A stretch of 64,000 bases of DNA from Mustelus asterias (taxonomy: Eukaryota). The DNA lies in NCBI RefSeq assembly GCF_964213995.1, contig NW_027590419.1, positions 248,001 to 312,000 of the forward strand, written 5' to 3'. The position numbers were made by a program, and so were the translations under genes. The notes beneath the pieces were generated by a model. The model was not told where the DNA came from and did not search any database. It saw only the letters and a program-made list of their open reading frames with translations. The stretch's first letter is position 1; each line of letters opens with the position of its first letter. Positions 27,321 to 38,170 of the stretch are shown piece after piece.

Positions 27321-29344
27321 TGTTTGATGTGTGTGTGTGTGTTTCTGTGTGTTTGTGTGTGTGCTTTTTGTGCGTGTTTTATGTGTGTTTGTGTGTGCGT
27401 GCTTTGTGTGTGTGCATGTTTTGTGTGTGTTGGAGTGTGCGTGTTTTGTGTGTGTTGGAGTGTGCGTGCTTTGTGTGTGTCGGTGTGTGCGTGCTTTGTG
27501 TGTGTGTGTGTTGGTGTGTGCGTGTTTTGTGTGTGCGTGTTTTGTGTGTGTGCGTGTTTTGTGTGTGTTGGTGTGCGCGTGCTTTGTGTGTGCGTGTTTC
27601 GTGTGTGTTGGTGTGTGCGTGCTTTGTGTGTGTGCGTGTTTTGTGTGTGTTGGTGTGTGTGTTTTGTGTGCGTACGTGCACCATGATCTGTTTGAATGCT
27701 GGCGCAGGATCGATGGGCCAAATGGCCTACACCTGCTCCTATTTTCCTTTGAGATTTAAATACATTGACACACATGCACGCTGACACACACACACAGAAA
27801 GATATACACAGTGTTGACGTATTTATTGACCACTTAATGTGACTGAATGCTACACATCCCAGTTTACCAAAGACACACAATATTCAGCAGCATTGTAAAC
27901 AGCGCAGCTGGAAACATCAAATTGGGGATTTGGTTTGAAAACGGGTCAAAGCCTCTCTTGCTAAAGGCTGTTTGTCTATATTGTGCTGACAGTGATACAC
28001 TGCCATCCTCTGCTGCCTGCTGGACATTGCTCCAGCCGCAGAGAGAGTGAAGTAGATCAGAAACTCACTGGGAGAGAATGCAGCTTCACACAGTATCCAT
28101 CCAAAATGACAGGAGCATCAGCAACACACACAAGCTCCGTGTGGAGACTGAGAGGGGCTCAGTGTGGAACACAAACCTTCACACTAAACCTGGAAGGACA
28201 TTGATAAAGAGTTTAAAACAAAACTTCAGCAAATGCTTTGAAACATTTTGGTCCGTGGAAAAGTGCAGTGTGTAAAAAGCTGAAGATGTTTCCATTTCAC
28301 ATCTTCCTGCTTTGGGGAAATGGGAGTTATCTTTGCATTTACAAGGATATGGGGAGGGAGGTGTTTGAATGGACATTCAGCTTTTTGGGTGATTAAAGTG
28401 TTAATTTGTTTCCAGAAGCTGTTTACAGTGATTGTCCCGAGAGATTGTATTGTTTCAGTGATGTCGACGTCTCCAATACTTCAGACAGACGAAGGAAACA
28501 ATATACAAAAGGAAAGATTGGGGGAATCACTACATTGAAGGTGTGAGGCCTCATCACTCTCTGTCTGGTTTTGTTCTGAAATCTTTACATTTTTAAACAC
28601 TGAAACCTCTTGCCCTTGTTGGGAATATCACTGCGGTTTGAGAAAAGCAAACACTGATCCCACATTAAACACCCCCCCAACACAGGACTGAGCAGAGAGT
28701 GTGAAATGTGACTGGTGTCAGAGTGGATTGTCAAACTGACAGAAGGGATTTGAAAAATCTCTAAATGATTCATTGATTAAAAACTCTAACATTAATGTCC
28801 CGCATCATAAACATCTGCTTCATTATTGTATCTTTCTTTTACAGATCAAGTGATGGGTTGAATTTTGGACGGTGTAGATTTCCCTCAGCTGATTATTAAG
28901 ATTCCTGATTGACACAAATACAATATCTGCTGTCGGTGACTCCAACAGTGAAATTCTCTCAGTTTATCATTCTGAATCTGTCACTGAGACAATTGTGGGC
29001 GGTAGTTCAGTTTTCAGTGTGAAATGTAGAAGGTAACTTTTGTTGTAATGTAATTGTAGTTAATAGTTTTCCTGTAGTTTAAATCTCAGGTATAAATTAA
29101 TAACTTTTCTCGTTCCTTGTTCACAATTGTTCATTTCCCGTGATGTTGAGCTCTGGTTTTCTCTTTCTGGTGTCTGGTACAGCTGTACAGATATTGGGCA
29201 GTTCAGAGCGGGGGGGTTCTGATCTCATTGTGAAGCTCAAAGGTCAGATTCACTTTTGTTAACTTTAAAATCAATTTTCCTGTCAAATATTCTCTGAATT
29301 TGTAAATAAATATTGAATGGAAAATAAAATCTGACTTTGCCAAA

Positions 29345-30025
29345 CTCTCTTTCTGTATTTCTCTGTTGGTGTGTTTATGTGTGTGTCTCTCTGTCTCTAT
29401 CTCTCTGTGTATCTGTGCGTCTCTCTGTGTCTCTATCTCTCTGTGTATCTGTGTGTCTCTCTGTTTCTATCTCACTGTGTATCTGTGTGTCTCTCTGTCT
29501 CTATCTCTCTGTGTATCTGTGTGTGTCTCTGTCTCTCTGTGTCTCTATCTCTCTGTGTGTCTGTGTGTCTCTCTGTGTCTCTATCTCTCTGTGTCTCTAT
29601 CTGTCTGTGTGTCTCTCTGTCTCTATCTCTCTGTGTATCTGTGTGTCTCTCTGTGTCTCTATCTCTCTGTGTGTCTGTGTGTCTCTCTGTTTCTATCTCT
29701 CTGTGTATCTGTGTGTCTCTCTGTGTCTCTATCTCTCTGTGTCTCTATCTCTCTGTGTATCTGTCTCTGTATTTCTCTGTATCTGTGTCTCTCTCTGTAT
29801 ATTTGTATATTTCACTCTGTCTCTGTGTTTGTGTCTCTCTCTTTGTTTCTCTCTGTCTCTATTTCTCTGTATCTGTGTGTCTCTCTGTCTCTGTACTTCT
29901 CTGGATCTGTGTCTCTCTCTCTGCCTCTGTGTTTATATCTCTCGATGTATCTGTGTGTGTCTCTCTGTCTCTGCATTTCTCTGTATCTGTCTCTGTCTCT
30001 GTGTTTCTCTGTCTCTGTGTGTCTC
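29345..30025. repeat. Compound (CT/GT) low-complexity repeat
   Basis: TCTCTGTG/TCTCTA units; other CA/GT/CT tracts at ~112-515, 4945-5280, 9180-9600, 16000-16250, 27320-27670, 39900-40210, 49820-50190. Confidence 0.9.
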
Positions 30026-30760
30026 GATGCTAAGGGCCTAGTATTTCAGGCTCTGACCTGAACCCACAATCTCTCTGACTCTGAGCAAAGATTACTACAT
30101 TGAAGGTGTGAGGCCTCATCACTTTCTGTCTGGTTTAGTTTTGTAATCTTTACATGTTTAAACACTGAAACCTCGTGCCCTTGTTGAGAATATCACTGCG
30201 GTTTGAGAAAAGCAGACACTGATCCCGCACTAAACACCCCCCCCAACACAGGACTGAGCAGAGTGTGTGAAATGTGACTGGTGCGAATGTGGATTGTCTT
30301 TTAAAAGTGGGTAAGAAACACTTCATTTTCAAATCTTTACCCTGCTTCTGTAGCGTCTCAGATTCCACCTAATCTGCACATCTTTGGACTGTGGAAGGAA
30401 ACCGGGGCACCCGGAGGAAACCCACGCAGACACAGGGAGAATGTGCAAACTCAACTCCCAACCGAGAATTGAACCCGGGTTCCTGGTGCTGTGAGGCAGC
30501 AGTGCTAAACACTGTCCACCATGTCGCCCTATCCCATGTATTGGGACACGGTGAAAAGTATTGTTTCTTGCACGCTACACAGACAAAACATACCGTTCAT
30601 AGAGTTCATTCGGGAGAAGGAGAGGAGAGGGTGCAGAATACAGTGTTGCAGTTACCGATAGGGTATATAGAAAGATCAGCTTAATGTATGGTAGGTCCAC
30701 TCAAAAATTAACATTCTGACCAAACACTAAAGCTTTCCACAAAACAAGGCTCACAAATTT

Positions 30761-31950
30761 CCCAGATTGTAATAACTGAGAGAGTTTTAGGACAGAGATT
30801 ACTGATACAAGGCCCAGATTGTAATAACTGAGAGAGGTTTCGGGCAGAGATTACTGAAAGAAAGCCCAGATTGTAATAATTGAGAGAGATTTATGGCAGA
30901 GATTACTGATACAAAGCCCAGATTGTAATAACTGAGAGAGGTTTAGGGCAGAGATTACTGATACAAAGCCCAGATTGTAATAACTGAGAGAGGTTTAGGG
31001 CAGAGATTACTGATACAAAGCCCAGATTGTAATAACTGAGAGAGGTTTAGGCAGAGATTACTGATACAAGGCCCAGATTGTAATAACTGAGAGAGGTTTA
31101 GGGCAGAGATTACTGAAAGAAAGCCCAGATTGTAATAATTGAGAGAGATTTATGGCAGAGATTACTGATACAAAGCCCAGATTGTAATAACTGAGAGAGG
31201 TTTAGGGCAGAGATTACTGATACAAAGCCCAGATTGTAATAACTGAGAGAGGTTTAGGCAGAGATTACTGATACAAGGCCCAGATTGTAATAACTGAGAG
31301 AAGTTTCGGGCAGAGATTACTGATACCAGGCCCAGATTGTAATAACTGAGAGAGGTTTAGGGCAGAGATTACTGATACAAAGCCCAGATTGTAATAACTG
31401 AGAGAGGTTTAGGGCAGAGATTACTGATACAAGGCCCAGATTGTAATAACTGAGAGAGGTTTCGGCCAGAGTTTACTGATACAAGGCCCAGATTGTAATA
31501 ACTGAGAGAGGCTTCGGGCAGAGTTTACTGATACAAGGCCCAGATTGTCATAACAGAGAGAGGTTTCAGGCAGAGATTACTGATACAAAGCCCAGATTGT
31601 AATAACTGAGAGAGGTTTCGGGCAGAGTTTACTGATACAAAGCCCAGATTGTAATAACAGAGAGAGGTTTCGGGCAGAGTTTACTGATACAGGGCCCAGA
31701 TTGTAATAACTGAGAGAGGTTTCGGGCAGAGTTTACTGATACAAGGCCCAGATTGTAATAACAGAGCGAGGTTTCGGGCAGGGTTTACTGATACAAGGCC
31801 CAGATTGTAAAAACTGAGAGAGGCTTCGGGCAGAGTTTACTGATTCAAGGCCCAGATTGTAATAACTTAGAGAGGTTTAGGGCAGAGATTACTGATACAA
31901 AGCCCAGATTGTAATAACTGAGAGAGGTTTCGGGCAGAGTTTACTGATAC
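30761..31950. repeat. 52-bp minisatellite array (~23 units), paralog of 24690-26470
   Basis: Same unit and same downstream flank (GATCCCGGCAGGATTTACTG). Confidence 0.95.
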
Positions 31951-33515
31951 ACGATCCCGGCAGGATTTACTGTTTGATAATCCAGCTGTTTGGCCCCGTT
32001 ATGAGCACACCTTCCATGGCCATCAAGTCCGGAAGTCGGCCTTGAACCCTTGAAGAATGAGAGGCGATCCCATTGAAACAGACTTAAAATTCGTACAGGG
32101 TGTGACAGGGTGGATGTAGATTGGATGTTTCCCCTGGCTGGTGAGACTAGAACCAGGGGACACAATCTCAGAATCAGGGGCAGACCATTGAAGACTGAGA
32201 TGAGGAGAAATTTCTTCACTCAGAGGGTGGTGAATCTTTGGAATTTTCTATTCCAGGGGGATGTGGAAGCCCAATCATTCAGCATGTTCAAGACGCAAAT
32301 CGATTGTGTGAAATAAAATAGGAATCTGTGTGTGTGTGTGTGTTTGTGTGCGTGTGTGCATGCGTGTTTGTGTGTGGACATGTTTCCGTGTGTGTTTATT
32401 ACTGTGTGCGTCTGAGTGTTACTGGGTGAGAATATCTGTTTCTGTGTGTTTTCATAGAATCCTAGACTCCTGCAGTGCAGAAGGAGGCCATTTGGCCCAT
32501 TGAGTCTGCACCGACCACAATCCCACCCAGGCCCTATTCCCGTAACCCCATGCATTTACCCGAGCTCGTCTCCCTGACGCGGAGGGACAATTTAGCACGG
32601 CCAATGCACCCGAACCAGAACGTCTTTCAGACTGTGGGAGGAAACCGGAGCACCCGGAGGAAACCCACGCAGACACGGGGAGAACGTGCAGACTCCGCAC
32701 AGACAGTGACCCAAGGCGGGAACCGAACCCGAGTCCCTGGCACTGTGAGGCAGCAGTGCTAACTGTCAGTTTGATGTGTGTGTGTGTTTTTCTGTGTGTT
32801 TGTGTGTGTGTGTTTATTGTGTTTGTGTGTGTAAATTTGTGTGTGTGCTTTTTGTGCGTGTTTTATGTGTGTTTGTGTGTGCGTACTTTGTGTGTGTGCG
32901 TGTTTTGTGTGTGTTGGTGTGTGTGTGTTTTGTGTGTGTTGGTGTGTGCGTGTTTTGTGTGCGTACGTGCACCATGATCTGTTTGAATGCTGGCGCAGGA
33001 TCGATGGGCCAAATGGCCTACACCTGCTCCTATTTTCCTTTGAGATTTAAATACATTGACACACATGCACGCTGACACACACACACAGAAAGATATACAC
33101 AGTGTGGACGTATTTATTGACCACTTAATGTGACTGAATGCTACACATCCCAGTTTACCAAAGACACACAATATTCAGCAGCATTGTAAACAGCGCAGCT
33201 GGAAACATCAAATTGGGGATTTGGTTTGAAAAAGGGTCAAAGCCTCTCTTGCTAAAGGCTGTTTGTCTATATTGTGCTGACAGTGATACACTGCCATCCT
33301 CTGCTGCCTGCTGGACACTGCTCCAGCCGCAGAGAGAGTGAAGTAGATCAGAAACTCACTGGGAGAGAATGCAGCTTCACACAGTATCCATCCAAAATGA
33401 CAGGAGCATCAGCAACACACACAAGCTCCGTGTGGAGACTGAGAGGGGCTCAGTGTGGAACACAAACCTTCACACTAAACCTGGAAGGACATTGATAAAG
33501 AGTTTAAAACAAAAC
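30761..33515 (+). repeat. Duplicated block (copy of ~24700-28225)
   Basis: 52-bp array, CR1 fragment, SINE, GT microsatellite and unique flank in the same order; paired ORFs 27847/33138 and 27983/33274. Confidence 0.9.
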
Positions 33516-34370
33516 TGTCAGGAGGAGAGGGTGCAGAATACAGTGTTGCAGTTACCGAGAGGGTATAGAGAAAGATCAGCTTAATATATGGTAGGTCCAC
33601 TCAAAAATTAACATTCTGACCAAACACTAAAGCTTTCCACAAAACAAGGCTCACAAATTCAACACCACTTTCCTTTGTCCGCTCTCCCATCATGCTGTGC
33701 GCGGAGTCTCTGATCGATGCTAAGGGCCTAGTATTTGAGGCTCTGAGCTGAACCCACAATCTGTCTAATTCTGAGGGAAGATTACTGCCACTCAGATACA
33801 GCTGGCTGCAATATCCCCTTGAAATATATCTGTTGTGTACAGAGCCACATGTTTTTTTTCCCCTGTGTCTGCTGTCCTTAAAGAACTATTGAATAATCTA
33901 AACATCCGCATTAATTATCACAGAACAAGGCCAACATGGGGGAATCGAGTATCAGGTTTAAAAGTTTATTTATTAGTGTCACAAGTAGGGTTACATTAAC
34001 ACTGCAATGAAGTTACTGTGGAAAATCCGTAGTCGCCATGCTCTGGCGCCTGTTTGGGCAACTTGGGGAGAATTTAGCATGGCTGATACACCTAACCAGC
34101 GCGTCTTTCGAACTGTGGGAGGAAACCGCAGCACCCGGTGGATACCAACGCAGACACGGGGAGAATGTACAAACTCCACACTGACAGTGACCCAAGCCAG
34201 GAATCAAACCCGGGTCCCTGGCGCTGTGAGGCAGCAGCGTTAACCACTGTGCCGCCCCTCATCGAAACATTGTGCAGTTGTGGAATGCACAGGATAGGAG
34301 GGATGTGATAGCACTGGAAAAGGTGCAGAGGAGATTCACCAGGATGTTGCCTGGCCTGGAGAGTTTTAGT

Positions 34371-34645
34371 TCATAGAATCATAGAATCCCTACAGTCCAG
34401 AATGAGGCCATTCAACCCATCAAATCTGCACGGACACTTACCCAGGCTTACCCCGTAACCCCACGTATTTTCCCGCTAATCCCCCTAACCTATACATCGT
34501 GGGACCCTCAGGGCAATTTTGCATGGACAATGCACCCGGAGGAAACCCACGCAGACACGGGGAGAATGTGCAAACTCCACACAGACAGTAATCCGAGGCC
34601 GGAATTGAACCCGGGTCCCTGGCGCTGTGAGGCAGCAGTGCTAAC
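34371..34645 (-). mobile_element. HE1-type SINE
   Basis: Reverse-complement head, V-domain and (TTCTATGA)n tail. Confidence 0.8.
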
Positions 34646-34829
34646 CACTGTGCTACCGTGCCGCCACTCGAACTGAGGAGAGATTTTATAGACTGAGGGT
34701 GTGATCTTACCACCTGTTGACGCCACACTCCCGCTCAGCGAGGTTGGAGAATCTGGTGACCAGCCAAATCTCCTTTCACTGCAGTGGGATGGGAAAATCC
34801 TGCCGGCCTGAACGGTGATAAGATTCCAC

Positions 34830-35210
34830 CCTGGGGTTGTTTTCCGTGGAGCAGAGGAGGCTGAGGGGGAACATGACGGAGATGGATAAGATTATGAGGG
34901 ACATCGATAGAGTAGACGGGAAGAAAGCTTTCCCCTTGGTGGTGGGATCAATGACCAGGGGGTATAGATTTAGGGTAAGGGGCAGGAGGTTTGCAGGGGA
35001 TGTGAGGAAAACCTTTTTCACCCAGAGGGTGGTGGGAGTCTGGAACTCTCTGCCTGAAAGGGTGGTGGAGGCAGAGACCCTCAGAACGTTTAAGAAGTGC
35101 TTAGCTATGCATTTGCAATGCCAAGGCTTACCAGGCCGTGAGCCAAGTTGGGTGATTTGTCTTTGACCGGCACAGATGCAATGGGCCGAAGGGCCTTTTC
35201 TGTTCTCTAG
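34830..35210 (+). mobile_element. CR1 LINE 3' fragment
   Basis: FSVEQRRLRG...FFTQRVVGVWNSLP. Confidence 0.85.
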
Positions 35211-36244
35211 ACCTCCATTGCTAAAACACAACCTCACTGACCCAGCTTCTGGTCATCCATCCAAATCTCTCCCTCCGCAGCTCGGGGACAAATCCTGCCA
35301 CGCAATCTTCCTTTGAAGTGGCTTTGGACATTTCATTCTCCGTGAGGACTTGTCCGGATAGTGGCTGCTGTTGTTGTGTTTGTCTCAGTGTCAGCTCAGA
35401 AGCATGGACAACATGTTAGAAATGGCCGTCTCCCAGTGAGTGTGAGGACAGGGCAGGCTTTGAGCGAGGCCTGGGCCGCTCCCTGAAGGACACAGGGCCA
35501 CCATTGTGCTTTTTGCTGACAAACAGAAAGCTTTCACCTCTCTCTCTCTCTCTCTCTCTCTCGTGTCTCATCTCACTCACATTCTGCCCCTTCCATTCAC
35601 TCTGTGCTGCTTTCTGGAGGAGGCTGCCAGCTTTATCCGCCACAGAGCATCTGCCAACAAGAACATCAGATGAAACCTCCCATTCCCCAAGTCCCTCTTT
35701 CCTCTCTGCTCCTCGCTGTCTTTCCGGAGGAAATGGGATGGGAAGCTGATGGGAAAAGATTTGCAGGGCTCCAGGGACAAGGTGGAGCAGTGGGACTGGC
35801 TCGATTGCTCTAGCAGAGAGTCAACACCAGCTGAATGGGCTGAATGGCCTCCTTCATTCTGTGGCTATTCTATGGTTGACACACAATAGATAGTCAATAT
35901 CTTTTCCCAAAGGTAGGGGAGTCTAAAACCCGAGGGCATGGGTTTAAGTTGAGAGGGGAGACATACAAAAGTGTCCAGAGGGGCAATCTTTTCACACAGA
36001 GAGTGATGAGCGTCTGGAACAAGCTGCCAGAGGTAGTAGTAGAGATGGACACAATTTTATCTTTTAAAAAGCATTTAGACAGTTACATAGGTAAGATAGA
36101 TGTAGAGGGATATGGGTCAAATGTGGGGAATTGGGACCAGCTTAGGGGTTAAAAGAAAAAGGGCAGCATGACAAGTTCGGCCAAAGGGCCTGTTTCCATG
36201 CTGTAAACATCTGTGACACTATGACAACTTGTCATTTGGGTCTC

Positions 36245-37222
36245 AACTTCAGGTTTCTAGGTGTCCAGATCACCAACAACCTGTCCTGGTCCCCCCCATG
36301 CCGACACTATAATTGAGAAAGCCCACCAACACGTCTACTTTCTCAGGAGGCTAAGGAAATTTGGAATGTCAGCTACGACTCTCACCAACTTCTACAGATG
36401 CACCATAGAAAGCATCCTTTCTGTATCACGGCTTGGTCTGGTTTCTGCTCTGTCCAAGACTGCAAGAAATTACAAAAGGTCGTGAATGTAGCCCCGTCCA
36501 TCACGCAGACGAGCCTCCCATTCATTGACTCTGTCTACACTTCCCGCCGCCTTAGAAAAGCAGCCAGCATAATTAAGGACCTCATGCACACATTCTCTCT
36601 TCCACCTTCTTCCGTCAGGAAAAAGGTACAAAGTCTGAGATCACGTACCAACCGACTCAAGAACTTCCCTGCTGCCCTCAGACTTTTGAATGGACCTGCT
36701 ACATATTAGATTTATCTTTCTCTACACCCTCCCTATGACTGCAACACTACATTCTGCACCCTCTCTTTTACTTCTCCCCGATGTACTCTATGAACGGTAT
36801 GTTTTGTCTGTACAGCATACAAGAAACGGCGGCACGGTAGCACAGTGGTTAGCACTGCTGCTTCACAGCTCCAGGGTCCCGGGTTCGATTCCTGGCGCGG
36901 GTCACTGTCTGTGTGGAGTTTGCACATTCTCCTCGTGTCTGCGTGGGTTTCCTCCGGGTGCTCCGGTTTCCTCCCACAGTCCAAAGATGTGCGAGTTAGG
37001 TTGATTGGCCAGGTTAAAAAATTGCTCCTTCGAGTCCTGAGATGCGTAGGTTAGAGGGATTAGCAAGTAAATATGTGGGGGTAGGGCCTGGGTGGGGCTG
37101 TGGTCGGTGCAGACTCGATGGGCCGAATGGCCTCCTTCTGCACTGTAGGGTTTCTATGATTTCTTTGAAACAATACTTTTCACTGTATCCCAATATATGT
37201 GACAATAATAAATCAAATCAAA
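36245..37222 (+). mobile_element. Rex1/Babar-like LINE 3' fragment with an inserted SINE
   Basis: KAHQHVYFLRRLRKFGMSATTLTNFYRCTIESIL; ends in AATAATAAATCAAATCAAA; the same 3' end occurs on the - strand at 1-110, ~7110-7280, ~30540-30690 and ~40740-40910. Confidence 0.75.
36827..37163 (+). mobile_element. Full-length HE1-type tRNA-derived V-SINE
   Basis: GGCGGCACGGTAGCACAGTGGTTAGC A-box, GGTTCGATTCC B-box, V-domain GTGTCTGCGTGGGTTTCCTCCGGGTGCTCCGGTTTCCTCCCAC, CR1-like tail; GAAAC TSD. Confidence 0.9.
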
Positions 37223-37829
37223 ATCCTCCCAATTCTTTCCTCCACGATAGGTCGCAGCATTTAAAGAACACGCCCAGGGCCCAGTGCTGAGTCTGAGGGT
37301 ATCTGACTACAGTAAGGTGAGTGATACAGGAGGGTCTCACTGTCTGAGGGAGGTGAGTCTTAGCCGGGGGGGTGCGTGAGTGACCCAGGTTAATCTGACA
37401 CTCCAGGGACAGTTGGAATGGAGCTTTCCCCCGGGCTGTCCCGTCCCCGTGTCTGCGTGGGTTTCCTCCGGGTGCTCCGGTTTCCTCCCACAGTCTGAAA
37501 GATGTGCCGGTTAGGGTGCGTTGGCCGTGCTAAATTCCCCCTCAGTGTAACCCGAACAGGCGCCGGAGTGTGGGCGACTAGGGGATTCTCACAGTAACTT
37601 CATTGTAGTGTTAATGTAAGCCTACTTCTGAGACTAATAAATAAACTGAAACTGAAGGTCAAGGTGCTGCTGTGACAATGCACTCTTGTTTAAACACTCT
37701 GCAATGCTGAGACTGGGAGAAGTGACCAACAGGGGGCAGCATTGCAGCTTCTGTCCCCCTATTGAAACTGGGATTGTTGCTCCATCTGCTGCACAATCCC
37801 AACCCCATCCACTGGGGGCAATCTGGACA

Positions 37830-38170
37830 ATGGCTGCAGGCAGACCTCACTGCGCACGCGCCGCAATGACACCCCCAGCCGGCGGCCATTTTCCGTTGCC
37901 AAGGGAGACGACCAGCGGCCATATTCCGTTGCCAACGGAGACGGCGGCCACCATCTTGCGTTGCCAGGGGAGACGGCATCAATGCGGCGGCGTCCCCGCG
38001 CGCTGACCTCTGGGAGCATTCCCGTCCCGCACATGCGCACAGGCCGCCCCGCCCCCTCGGCTGACCCCCCCCTGTTGTCCCGCCAACGAGCATGGGCCGG
38101 AGTGGGCAAGAGGTGACACTGGGAGGAGCAGCCCCCCCCCCCGGGAGCGTTACAGCGACGCCTGGTGGCC
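37830..38170 (-). promoter_or_regulatory. CpG island / putative promoter with three YY1+RFX composites, NRF1-like and GC-box motifs
   Basis: GC/CpG-rich island in a CpG-poor background; CCATTTT/CCATATT/CCATCTT each followed by GTTGCC..GGAGAC (37881-37975); TGCGCACGCG 37851; CGCACATGCGCA 38028; GCCCCGCCCC ~38046. Confidence 0.7.

Noticed and set aside
27309-30061. Cys/Val/Leu/Ser-rich ORFs
   Set aside because: Microsatellite translations.
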